Source: an uncultured archaeon | GTDB taxonomy: Archaea > Asgardarchaeota > Lokiarchaeia > Sigyniarchaeales > Promethearchaeaceae | Length of the DNA: 32,000 bases | Direction of reading: 5' to 3' | Assembly (NCBI GenBank): GCA_964426185.1 | Contig: CAYRPF010000002.1 | Span: 41,799 to 73,798, forward strand | Part shown: positions 17,900-26,979 of the stretch, piece by piece | Position numbering within the stretch: the stretch's first letter is position 1 | How the letters are laid out: every line of letters starts with the position of its first letter | Position numbers and translations under genes: made by a program | Notes under the pieces: generated by a model | What the model was told of the DNA's origin: nothing | Seen by the model: only the letters and a program-made list of their open reading frames with translations | The model's database searches: none

Positions 17900-19084
17900 A
17901 TGAGTTGGAAAGAATTAGGCAAAGTTTACGTTCAAAAAGTTAACCCAAAAACAATATTAGATGATTATGCAAATTTAATGGATTTAATGGAATATTCTAG
18001 ATATTTTAAGACCACTGAAAAAACTTTAGTAAAATTGAATCTTTCATGGAGTAAGTTTTTCCCCGCATGCTCTTCGCCGCCTTGGCAAGTAGAAGGTGTC
18101 TTGCGAAAACTCAAACATGATGGATTTAAAGGTAGAGATATTTTTACTTGTGAAAATCGCACAGTGGTTACAAATATTGCCGAGGGTTTAAAAGGAAACA
18201 AATGGGAACCAATTATAGAGAAATATAATGCCTTTTTTGTTCCTTTAACTCGGGTGAAATTTGTTAAATTCAAAAGTAAAATTCCACTGAAGGCTTTGGA
18301 CTCTAAAATTTTCCCAGAAGGATTTTCAATTCCTAAGTTGTACATCGGGAAAAATATGATTCATTTACCTACCTTTAAAACCCATGGGCATACTGGGGCT
18401 AAAGGGGGAGAATTTAATAATAAGAATCCTGAGATGCCGGGTGGAATAACTTGTTCAATTAAAAATGCCTTTGGTGGTTTGCTCACAACACGCCGCCATT
18501 TCGCCCATCAATACATGAGTGAAGTTTTACATGATCTTTTAGCGATTGAAAAACAAATTCATCCAAATATCATGGCTATTGTAGATGGAACTGTGGCGGG
18601 CGATGGAGCTGGTCCACGTTGTATGATTCCCCGTATAAAAAATTACATCTTGGGAGGTTATGACCAAGTAGCCGTGGATGCTATGGTTGCCAAAATAATG
18701 GGATTTGATCCTATGAAACTTCCCTTCATCAAAATGTGTCATGATTCAGGTTTTGGGATTGGTGATCCAGATCAAATAGAAGTTATTGGAGATGAAGGTG
18801 CTTCTCGAGAGAATTGGCATTTTAAAGTGGGAAGGAGTATAGTAATTTGGGGAGATCAACAAGTTCGTAAAGGGAAATTGAAATTTTTAGAACCACTTAT
18901 GCATACTTTCCTTTTTCAGCTGGGTCCAGTAATGTTATCGAAGATCTACCATGATTTATTTTGGTATAATACAGTTGGGAAGAAACGGATAAGGGATTAT
19001 ATGAAAACAGAATGGGGTCAACTATTTCAATCATATCCTTCAAAAAATCCCGAAATGAAATTGAATCATCTTCGTAAAGAATAA
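17900..19084 (+). CDS. DUF362 family protein
   Basis: VKLNLSW, HLPTFKTH, TCSIKNAFGG, VDGTVAGDGAGP and DQVAVDA..AKIMGFDP. It lies 13 bp downstream of the UbiA gene. Confidence 0.8.
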   Translation: MSWKELGKVYVQKVNPKTILDDYANLMDLMEYSRYFKTTEKTLVKLNLSWSKFFPACSSPPWQVEGVLRKLKHDGFKGRDIFTCENRTVVTNIAEGLKGNKWEPIIEKYNAFFVPLTRVKFVKFKSKIPLKALDSKIFPEGFSIPKLYIGKNMIHLPTFKTHGHTGAKGGEFNNKNPEMPGGITCSIKNAFGGLLTTRRHFAHQYMSEVLHDLLAIEKQIHPNIMAIVDGTVAGDGAGPRCMIPRIKNYILGGYDQVAVDAMVAKIMGFDPMKLPFIKMCHDSGFGIGDPDQIEVIGDEGASRENWHFKVGRSIVIWGDQQVRKGKLKFLEPLMHTFLFQLGPVMLSKIYHDLFWYNTVGKKRIRDYMKTEWGQLFQSYPSKNPEMKLNHLRKE

Positions 19085-19101
19085 ATCGGGATAGATAAAA
19101 T

Positions 19102-19782
19102 TTAACATTTTTTTCCCTTCTTTGTTCTTGGGTAATTTAATACTTGATGAGCAGGTCTTCGGCCAATAAACATAGCTGCTTTTTCATGTTTTGAAGTCAA
19201 TTTATGGTTGCCGTTATACGGCCTTTTAGTGGTGTTTGTTTCATTTACTAATAGAATCTCGGAATGGTTTTTGATATCTTCGCCTTGCATTAACCGCCGA
19301 ATGTATTTTTTGGTTAAATTTATTACCCCATCTCCGATTTTTATTACTTTCATCTGTGTTGGAAAGGTTTGAAATGCTAGTATGATATATTGGTACAAAT
19401 CTGCTAAATTTGTAATTTCACGACTGTATACGAATACATCGTCGAAAAATACTGCCACTCCAGTCAATCTTTTGCCTGGATCAATTCCAATTGTCATTGT
19501 ATGAAAATTTTGTAGATTTTTTAAATAGACGAAAGTTCTCAACAAAATTTGATCAGGATTATCATGTGAGTTAACTTCTAATACTGTAATTGAAGAATAC
19601 CAAAAAGGGGAGATCTTTTCAACATCATCTGAAGTCGTTATTAACACGCGCCAATTGCGGTGAAAACGAGATAAATCATCCAAAGCAATAAATGGAATAT
19701 CTTCTGCCCGGAATTTACGCGTAATCTGATAAAATAATCGAGCATCATGCATATATATACATATTTCGGGTATTTTTTTCAA
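19102..19782 (-). CDS. Conserved archaeal protein with C-terminal RNase H-fold (YqgF/RuvC-like) nuclease domain
   Basis: TIGIDPGKRLTGVAV, KIGDG, LVNETNTT and HEKAAMFI. Likely start is TTG at 19782, preceded by SD-like AGGTGAG; the track start at 19881 overlaps the divergent gene. Confidence 0.68.
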   Translation of the reverse strand: MKKIPEICIYMHDARLFYQITRKFRAEDIPFIALDDLSRFHRNWRVLITTSDDVEKISPFWYSSITVLEVNSHDNPDQILLRTFVYLKNLQNFHTMTIGIDPGKRLTGVAVFFDDVFVYSREITNLADLYQYIILAFQTFPTQMKVIKIGDGVINLTKKYIRRLMQGEDIKNHSEILLVNETNTTKRPYNGNHKLTSKHEKAAMFIGRRPAHQVLNYPRTKKGKKC

Positions 19783-19858
19783 GTTCTCACCTATAACAAT
19801 AACTTTATCTAAAAATTCATTGCTATATATAGTATATTGAAGCGCGAAGTAATAAAAA

Positions 19859-20593
19859 ATGGGATCAGAGCAAATAAACATACCTTTTTCATTTGAACAA
19901 TTGGCTAGCTTTCTCTTAAAATCACCTTATATTACTATGGTATGGGGAGATGTTGGTGTTGGAAAAAGCACGTTCGCCCTACAGATTGCAAAAATAGTCG
20001 TAAAATCTCATAAAAAAAAAGTATTTTATTTAAACACCAAAGAAACTTCCAATTTTTCTATTATCTCCCGGATTTTCGAAATTCCGATATCAGAGTCTTC
20101 AACTTCACAAGGTGATGAAATACCCTTCTTCTGCTTTCAAAAAAACACGGTTCAGCAGCAGTTTGAATGTATTTCTCAATGGCTCTTACAAATTCAGCAG
20201 CATTTTCGCCTTTTTAATGAAATTTCTATAGGATTAATTATCGTGGATGAAATTTTCAGCAATTACTTGATCGAGCTGCGAAAAGAGCAGACAAATGAAA
20301 AACTCAATCGAAAAATGGCGCTAATTTTGGCAACTCTAAGGCAATTGGCAGCAAAGTTCAATATTCCAATTCTTTTAATCAATACATTTAGCATCAAAGA
20401 GCATCCTGAAACTAAGCAACTTGTCGCCACTCCTCATGGAGGAAAGATTCTAAATTTCTGGGTCGATGCGGAACTTAAAGTGACGCGCTCGTCTCTTTTA
20501 CAAGTAATAAATTTCAAAGTAATAAAAGCCCCGTTTTCTACCTTTGTTCCTTTAAATTGGAAATGGAAGTTGAGCGAAACAGGTTTCATCTAA
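19859..20593 (+). CDS. RadB-like RecA/RadA paralog (ATPase core only)
   Basis: ITMVWGDVGVGKST (Walker A), VFYLNTKE, LIIVDE (Walker B), IPILLIN and PHGGKIL..W. Confidence 0.75.
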   Translation: MGSEQINIPFSFEQLASFLLKSPYITMVWGDVGVGKSTFALQIAKIVVKSHKKKVFYLNTKETSNFSIISRIFEIPISESSTSQGDEIPFFCFQKNTVQQQFECISQWLLQIQQHFRLFNEISIGLIIVDEIFSNYLIELRKEQTNEKLNRKMALILATLRQLAAKFNIPILLINTFSIKEHPETKQLVATPHGGKILNFWVDAELKVTRSSLLQVINFKVIKAPFSTFVPLNWKWKLSETGFI

Positions 20594-20594
20594 G

Positions 20595-21839
20595 TTAAGT
20601 GGATTTTTGGGCTAACTTGATCAAAATCGCTTTCAACGACTCGATGTCAATGTTAGACTTAATTGCATGAGCTTCAACATGTGTTCTAGCGAAATTAAAA
20701 CCTTGTGATTTAATAGCGTCTTCAATTTCTTTCATACTCGAAACAGATATTTGTAATTTATCACAAATTTTATGAACATCATAATATCCCAATGGAAATG
20801 AGATTTCTTCCGATATTCGTTGCAGAGTTCTTTCAATGCGTGCTTTAGATGGAATAACTTCTTTTGGTACTTCTAAATTAATTTCATTTAACTCTTGTAC
20901 GAATTTATCTTCGTGAATTTCACCGATCCAAAGTGGTCCGCCAAAATCCAATTTAGATCCGCAATTTGGGCATTGATGTGGAACATTAAGTATATTTAAA
21001 TCCGTTGTTCCCCGCCAATCACATTTCGCACACCATAAAATATAACCAGTGTTTTGGATATTTGTCCGAATCGCCTCTTCTCCTTTAATAATTTGAACAA
21101 ACACCCGAATATAATGGTCAAAACTCACTGAAAGCATGGGTTTAATCGCTCTCATCAGAGGATGGGCGTGTTTCGCAATGTAATATAATAAAACACGAAG
21201 TCCAACTTCTTTAGAAAAGGTTGAACGGAGGGGAAAAACATTATATTTTCTGATACATGCATTTTTTCGAACTCCAAATAATACGGGAGTATCAGTAGCG
21301 GTTATCGCCAACAATCCTTCTTTTTTTATTGCGTGCAGTGCAGGAGAAATAAAAATATTTGGCGTTCCAAAGGGATCAATATCTATGATATCAAAAAATT
21401 CTCGTTTTACCTTAGAATTGGTCATTAGATGAAGGCAATCATCATTTGTTAAATAAATGGATTCGGATAGATGATTCAATTCCATATTTTTCCGAATTAA
21501 GTGTATTGCCAATGGATTAAGATCATTTGCCGTGATACTGAAAGGTTTATCGAGAAATTTTGCCAATCTTAAGGTTCTAATTCCTGATGCTGCCATTGAA
21601 TCCAAAATATGGAATGATTCCTCTGAATTTTTTTGCTGTTTGGAATTTTGGAATGCGCGATAGGCAAGAAGTGTTAATGAACGATTAATTTCTTGAATAG
21701 GATTATAAAATACGGGCATACTTTTTAACAATGCTTTGCCTCCCGTTGAAAATTCGGCTGGAGAATAGGTATAAAACTTAATTTCACCCTCTTCTGCAAT
21801 AGATAATTTTGCATCTATTCCCTCGAAACGCATTCCCAT
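20595..21839 (-). CDS. trm1: tRNA (guanine26-N2)-dimethyltransferase Trm1
   Basis: PVFYNP..NR, DSMAASGIR, ANDLNP, DIIDIDPFG, ITATD, EVGLRVL, HYIRVF, Zn ribbon CAKC..CPNCG and GPLWIG. Confidence 0.95.
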   Translation of the reverse strand: MGMRFEGIDAKLSIAEEGEIKFYTYSPAEFSTGGKALLKSMPVFYNPIQEINRSLTLLAYRAFQNSKQQKNSEESFHILDSMAASGIRTLRLAKFLDKPFSITANDLNPLAIHLIRKNMELNHLSESIYLTNDDCLHLMTNSKVKREFFDIIDIDPFGTPNIFISPALHAIKKEGLLAITATDTPVLFGVRKNACIRKYNVFPLRSTFSKEVGLRVLLYYIAKHAHPLMRAIKPMLSVSFDHYIRVFVQIIKGEEAIRTNIQNTGYILWCAKCDWRGTTDLNILNVPHQCPNCGSKLDFGGPLWIGEIHEDKFVQELNEINLEVPKEVIPSKARIERTLQRISEEISFPLGYYDVHKICDKLQISVSSMKEIEDAIKSQGFNFARTHVEAHAIKSNIDIESLKAILIKLAQKST

Positions 21840-21885
21840 AAAATTTAGAATTCATCCCGATTTTAAATCATTATCTATTAAATAT

Positions 21886-22545
21886 GTGGGAAATTGGATG
21901 GGAAGCAAAAAAAATCCTTGGTTAAGTAAGCAAAAATCAGATCCTTATTATAAGCGAAGTAAGAATGAACATCATAGGGCGCGTTCATATTATAAACTTC
22001 AAGAAATCGATCGAAAATATCATATCTTGTCTGTTAATGGGCGATTTCCAAAAAAAATATTGGATTTGGGAGCAGCACCCGGTGCTTGGATAGAATATAC
22101 CTCGAATCAGTATCAATCTTTGCCTGAGAAACAACAATCCAAGAAGTTTCAAATTGTGGGAATTGACTTAACTTCTATTCGACCATTTTCTGAATTACCA
22201 AATATTAAATGTTTCCGAATGGATATTTTCAAGCCAGAATGTGAAGCGTTTATACAAGAATCTTCACCTTGGGATGTGATTCTTTCTGATTTAGCCCCCA
22301 AAACCGCAGGAGATTTTCGGGATGTCGCAATTCAAGAATCAATGGTACAAAAAGTGCTCTATTTTACCCGTTATCTGAAGATCGGAGGAAATATAGTAGT
22401 AAAAATATTTCAGAGTGATCAATCAAATGTTATTTTCGAGAAGTGGAAACCCGCTTTTCGATTATTTAAACGAATGAAGCCCTCCGCATCCAGACCAAAA
22501 AGTCGAGAGTTATATTTTATCGGAAAAAGTTATATTGGTTTGTAA
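21886..22545 (+). CDS. rlmE: RlmE/FtsJ rRNA 2'-O-methyltransferase
   Basis: DPYYK, RARSYYKLQEID, LDLGAAPGAW, ILSDLAP, VVKIFQ and PSASRPKSRELY (K-D-K-E tetrad). Confidence 0.93.
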   Translation: MGNWMGSKKNPWLSKQKSDPYYKRSKNEHHRARSYYKLQEIDRKYHILSVNGRFPKKILDLGAAPGAWIEYTSNQYQSLPEKQQSKKFQIVGIDLTSIRPFSELPNIKCFRMDIFKPECEAFIQESSPWDVILSDLAPKTAGDFRDVAIQESMVQKVLYFTRYLKIGGNIVVKIFQSDQSNVIFEKWKPAFRLFKRMKPSASRPKSRELYFIGKSYIGL

Positions 22546-22558
22546 AAAAGCCATTAAA

Positions 22559-23221
22559 TTACTTTGAAATTTTATCTGCTGGTTTCACTTTTTTTGAATC
22601 AAAAATTTGATGAAATGGATTACCCATATAGGGTTCTCCATCAATGGAACATAACAGCCAGTCAGTTAAATATGGGCACTTTTTGGGATTATATTGCTTT
22701 TGACCTTCATTACATTTCTTTGTGTAGGGACAGATAAAACAAGGTAAATCATTTAAGGTATCCCAAACGAGTTTTCCTGTCTTAGTTTGTTTTTTCGGGG
22801 TAATTCCAAAATCATCAATTTTGGTAATTTGATTAACCCAACGAGATTGGTACATGACTAAATTGGTCCGAATTTTAGGTGGATCTTTCGCTAGCAGTCG
22901 TTTGATGGATTTTTCTAATTCTTCAAGGGAAATTTTCAATTTTTCTTGGAGTTCATCCATCACTAACGAATAATTAGGTGCATTGGTTAAAGTCATCAAA
23001 ATTTGCTTATCAGTTGCAATATAATTAGTTTTTTTGGTTGGAGCTTTTTTAGGGGTTTTAGGTGGTTTTTCAGCCGAAACTTTTTTTGCTACTTTTGTTT
23101 TTTTTGAAGAATTTACTTTTTTTTTAGAAACTTTTTTTTTTGTGGTAGTTTTTTTAGATTTCTTAGCAGTTGAAGCTTTTTTCTTTTTAGAAGCTTTTGT
23201 TGTTTTCTTTTTAGCCACCAT
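22559..23221 (-). CDS. RPC34/TFE-beta-like protein (winged helix plus [4Fe-4S] domain) with Lys-rich N-terminal extension
   Basis: The C-terminal PCFICPYTKKCNEGQKQYNPKKCPYLTDWL matches the RPC34/RPC39 Cx2Cx5Cx10-11C..WL motif. The central KQILMTL..MDELQEKLKISLEELEKSIKRL is wHTH-like. There are 29 Lys in the first 64 aa. Confidence 0.8.
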   Translation of the reverse strand: MVAKKKTTKASKKKKASTAKKSKKTTTKKKVSKKKVNSSKKTKVAKKVSAEKPPKTPKKAPTKKTNYIATDKQILMTLTNAPNYSLVMDELQEKLKISLEELEKSIKRLLAKDPPKIRTNLVMYQSRWVNQITKIDDFGITPKKQTKTGKLVWDTLNDLPCFICPYTKKCNEGQKQYNPKKCPYLTDWLLCSIDGEPYMGNPFHQIFDSKKVKPADKISK

Positions 23222-23307
23222 ATTTTTTAAATAAATATTCCAAAACTAAAAAAATTTTTTATTGTGTATTTTAATAAATCATTGATAAAGAATTCGGAAT
23301 TAATCAC

Positions 23308-24300
23308 ATGAATCTTGTAAAAAATCCACAACTCAACCCTCAAGAAGTTAAGGAATTGTTGAGTTCTGATATCGGAGAAATCCTTACCAACAAAGAAGTT
23401 CAAATCTTAGAGCATAAATATAGTTCACAAGATTACAACCCGAGTCGTGTTTCTCTTCAGTTTGCGCGAGTTAAACAAAAAACAAAAGCAATTCAACCGT
23501 TGTTACTGCAAAAGATTGTCTCTGAGAAGAACCGATGGTGGTTTTTAACGGGTTTGGATTTTTTGGATTCAATATTTGCCAGTTCTTATAATCTTAAACC
23601 TGGATTAGCTTCGAATTCTTTAATAATGGTTTATGGAAAAGCACGCTCTGGTAAAACTCAAATCTGTCAGACAATCCCCGTCAAGTATTACCGGAATTTC
23701 TTTTCCCAGACCAAAAAGTCTCATAAATTTGTGCTATACATAGATACCGAAGGAACATTTCGCCCTAACCGTATTAAGGAAATTGCACAGTTTTCTAAAC
23801 TGGATGGAGAGCAAATTTTAAATCAAATAATCTCCGTCACTGCCCAAAATTATTCCCAATTCAACATGTTTCTTAAAAAAGTGGAAGATATTTTCAAAAC
23901 TCACCCAATTCGGTTATTATTGATTGATTCCTTCACTCGAATTTATCGATTGGCCATGGCAGAATCTCCGCAAGATACTCCCTTAATTATTTCCAATATG
24001 GCGCAAAATCTCAGGAAAATTCGAAATTGGGCTCAAAAATATAATCTTTTTGTATGTTTAACTTCTCAAGTTTCAAGTCGTCTTGATGAAGGGCATTTTT
24101 TCGAAGTTTCCCCCATTTTAGCCACCACTTTAAACCGCTATATAAAATCTTGGATTATGCTTGGAATTAATGATTCTGAAAATGAAATAAGAGGGATTTC
24201 TGGACTTCGCTATGCTCATGTCATCAACAGCGATTGTCAACCCGAATCCATTGTAAAATTTTTGATCACAGCTCGTGGATTGGAAAATTACTATGAGTAG
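23308..24300 (+). CDS. RadA/Rad51 paralog
   Basis: TGLDFLD, VYGKARSGKTQIC (Walker A), LYIDTEGTFRPNRI, LLLIDSF (Walker B), LTSQV and FLITARGL. Confidence 0.85.
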   Translation: MNLVKNPQLNPQEVKELLSSDIGEILTNKEVQILEHKYSSQDYNPSRVSLQFARVKQKTKAIQPLLLQKIVSEKNRWWFLTGLDFLDSIFASSYNLKPGLASNSLIMVYGKARSGKTQICQTIPVKYYRNFFSQTKKSHKFVLYIDTEGTFRPNRIKEIAQFSKLDGEQILNQIISVTAQNYSQFNMFLKKVEDIFKTHPIRLLLIDSFTRIYRLAMAESPQDTPLIISNMAQNLRKIRNWAQKYNLFVCLTSQVSSRLDEGHFFEVSPILATTLNRYIKSWIMLGINDSENEIRGISGLRYAHVINSDCQPESIVKFLITARGLENYYE

Positions 24301-24386
24301 CGTACAAATCAACTGCTTTTTTTTCGGTCCAATTCAAATTGTTTGTTCAAAAAGGCTTAAATTTAATTTTTAGTTTTTAAAAGTTG

Positions 24387-24857
24387 ATGAGCGATAATCT
24401 GCAATTACAAGTAGGTAAAAAAATTCCTTGGATTTTTGGGTCGAAAATGCGAATTCCAAAGGTAAATTATCCAATGTATCAAGATTCTAAAATGAATTTA
24501 CCCACTCCTGGAAGAAGCTTTATTTTATTAGTTATATACTTAGTATTGTTTTGGTTAATGATGGGTGGAATTTATATTTCAATTCGTAATCCAATTCCAT
24601 TGGGATCATCGGGCCAAAATAATGTTTTATGGCTTTATCCGTCAACCAGCGAGGCATTTATTATTGAATCTGTCGTGGCTGCAACTTTAATGTTTATTGG
24701 GGGCGCAGGTTTCTTAATGCTGTATAACTCCACCAAACATGCATATAATTACAGTTATAGCATCAAGTTATTAATTATCGCAATTGCGGCGATAGCTTTG
24801 AGTTTTGGATTACTTCAATATATGATCGCTGTGAAATCAGGGGATTTACAACAGTAA
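24387..24857 (+). CDS. OSTC/DC2-like (OST3/OST6 family TM domain) oligosaccharyltransferase accessory subunit
   Basis: Three TM segments. GGIYISIRNPIPLGS, AFIIESVVAATLMFIGGAGF and the last TM align with the DC2 pattern GGIIYD...PPSVGS / [20 protein letters not shown]. No thioredoxin domain. Confidence 0.78.
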   Translation: MSDNLQLQVGKKIPWIFGSKMRIPKVNYPMYQDSKMNLPTPGRSFILLVIYLVLFWLMMGGIYISIRNPIPLGSSGQNNVLWLYPSTSEAFIIESVVAATLMFIGGAGFLMLYNSTKHAYNYSYSIKLLIIAIAAIALSFGLLQYMIAVKSGDLQQ

Positions 24858-24909
24858 AAGTAAAAATAATTTCAACGAAAAAAATTTTCTTATATTTTGA
24901 ATTTTTTTT

Positions 24910-26070
24910 CTATTCAACTCGTATTATATTGTATTCTCCAAAATCTACTAAAACCCGATGCAATCCTCGGAACTTTTTATCAAACTCTTTATCCCGTGAA
25001 TCAATTCGCAGTTTACCTTGTGGCAAGGTGGAAACTTTGAATTTTGTTGCAATTATCTGTACGTTTTTCAAGCCGATTTGTTCCAATACCTTAGGGCTTA
25101 ACTGCAGATTTCCCCGACCAAAAACAAAACCTTGTGCTCCAATTGGCGTAACTACCAACTTTACATTTCGATCTTTGGTTTGAGCAATTAATTCTTCCTC
25201 GTTTAAATCTTTAGCCACAATTTTTTGGCGATAGTATAAATCAACTCCCAACAAGGTTTTCGGTTGTTTTATTTTTTGTGCAATGGCTCGGGTGGTGGTG
25301 CCAGGTCCCAATAAATAGTACCAATCGGGATAAGTATTTTCCCACTCCATTAAAATCCACTCTGCTATTGAAGCTTGGTTGGCAAATTCTTCTTCAGTGT
25401 GCGGACTGGCCATTTTAGAAGGTTGCGAAAGGGTGGGGGAATATGGAACTTTCAAATAGCCGTATAGTCGAGATACCACACGATTATGGCGGAATTCTTC
25501 TTCATCAATATCCAAAACTTCGGCTTCTCGCAGGGGTATTTCATTATTCAAGTATTTTAACACTAATTCTGCAGCTTTTTCAGGATTGACCGCAAACACA
25601 GAAGAATGAATTTTAACCCCCCCGGGTATTCCCAAACAAGGAATTTCTAAGTCCACACTCTTACATATATCCCGTGCGGTTCCATCTCCTCCGATGAAAA
25701 CCAGCAGATCTACCGGAATCACTTTCATCAATTGAGCCGCCCAAACGGTATGCTGTGCGGTAGTCTGAAAAAGTTTAGTATTTTGTATTCGAGAATCTTG
25801 CAAATATTCATAAGAGAAGGGAAAATTTTTCAGAATCTGTTCGCCCATGATGCCTTGAACGGTAATAAAATGGATTTTTTCTTGAATTGGTTCTAGATGT
25901 TCCAAAAATTCTTTTGCTCGTTGCGGGGATTGAATCTGCGCATGATGAAGTAGAGCCTGCTTAATTACTTCTTCACCATCAGAACCTTTCATTCCAATTT
26001 TGCCACCCAATCCTGCGATGGGGTTCAGAATAAAACCTATTTTTTTCTTGCTAAACACTGTTTGTTTCAT
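24910..26070 (-). CDS. ATP-NAD kinase family protein
   Basis: IGFILNPIAGLGG..GMKGSDG, GGDGTARD, GIPGGVKIHSSVFA, GPGTTT, TLLGVD and TPIGAQGFVFGRGNLQLS. Confidence 0.85.
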   Translation of the reverse strand: MKQTVFSKKKIGFILNPIAGLGGKIGMKGSDGEEVIKQALLHHAQIQSPQRAKEFLEHLEPIQEKIHFITVQGIMGEQILKNFPFSYEYLQDSRIQNTKLFQTTAQHTVWAAQLMKVIPVDLLVFIGGDGTARDICKSVDLEIPCLGIPGGVKIHSSVFAVNPEKAAELVLKYLNNEIPLREAEVLDIDEEEFRHNRVVSRLYGYLKVPYSPTLSQPSKMASPHTEEEFANQASIAEWILMEWENTYPDWYYLLGPGTTTRAIAQKIKQPKTLLGVDLYYRQKIVAKDLNEEELIAQTKDRNVKLVVTPIGAQGFVFGRGNLQLSPKVLEQIGLKNVQIIATKFKVSTLPQGKLRIDSRDKEFDKKFRGLHRVLVDFGEYNIIRVE

Positions 26071-26124
26071 TTCCTTTTTTCCGAAAATTCAAATCAATGC
26101 AATGCATACTTTTATTTGAAAATT

Positions 26125-26928
26125 ATGGCCATTGTTCCATTTTGGGTAGATTTTCCCCCATTCCGTCCCTTGTTTAAAGAAATTTGTCAGAAGTTTGGAT
26201 TCGAAATGGAACTTGAAATAGAAGCACGCAATTTTTTATATCATTATCTTCACCATTCTGATCCACAGGGGTTAGTTGAAGAAATTACCCATTCTGCGAA
26301 TAGAAAAATAATTTGTTTTATTGGAGCAGGACCGAATTTGGTTTCACATATTCAGAAAATACGGCAAATGTGGAACGCTCAGCGGGATCGATTCTATCTT
26401 GTGGCAGCTGATGGGAGTGCGAATGCCCTTATAAGAATTGATCTTTATCCAGATCTCGTCATTTCTGATTTTGATGGTTTATCTGTGCAGCAAATGCAAT
26501 TTTTGCTACAAAAAGGGGCAATTCTATGTTTACTGGCCCATGGAGATAATTATACCCATATTGAAGGTTATCAATCTTTATTATCATCCGATTTACGTGT
26601 GATTGGAACAACACAAGCTCCCGCGATGTATCCAATCATCAATCCTGGTGGTTTTACAGATGGAGATCGAGGGTTATTTCTAATGCATCACCTTCTTCAA
26701 TTGGATCAGCCTTTTTTTCTCTTTGGCTATGCATTCGAAGGGCCGATCGGGGCCTATTCTAAACCTAATTTCGATCAAGATATGCCGCTAACTCCTTTTA
26801 AAAATAAAAAATTGCAAGTTTGTGAACATCTCCTTCACCTTCTTTCCAGCCGTTGGCACCGACAAATTCTTTTTTTCGATGAAGATGAAGTAGAACAAAA
26901 GATACGCTGGCTCATATTTTCTTCATGA
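26125..26928 (+). CDS. mptE: 6-hydroxymethyl-7,8-dihydropterin pyrophosphokinase, MptE-like
   Basis: IGAGPNL, VAADG, PDLVISDFDG, AHGDN, GTTQ, NPGGFTDGDR and K..KL. ATG at 26125 avoids overlap with the divergent gene. Confidence 0.82.
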   Translation: MAIVPFWVDFPPFRPLFKEICQKFGFEMELEIEARNFLYHYLHHSDPQGLVEEITHSANRKIICFIGAGPNLVSHIQKIRQMWNAQRDRFYLVAADGSANALIRIDLYPDLVISDFDGLSVQQMQFLLQKGAILCLLAHGDNYTHIEGYQSLLSSDLRVIGTTQAPAMYPIINPGGFTDGDRGLFLMHHLLQLDQPFFLFGYAFEGPIGAYSKPNFDQDMPLTPFKNKKLQVCEHLLHLLSSRWHRQILFFDEDEVEQKIRWLIFSS

Positions 26929-26979
26929 ACCCACAGCTTTTTTTGATTTCGCCTCCTATTTTTATATAACGGTGGAACT

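Noticed and set aside
23034-23234. Phe/Val-rich 66-aa apparent membrane peptide
   Set aside because: It is the antisense of the Lys-rich tail (AAA read as TTT).
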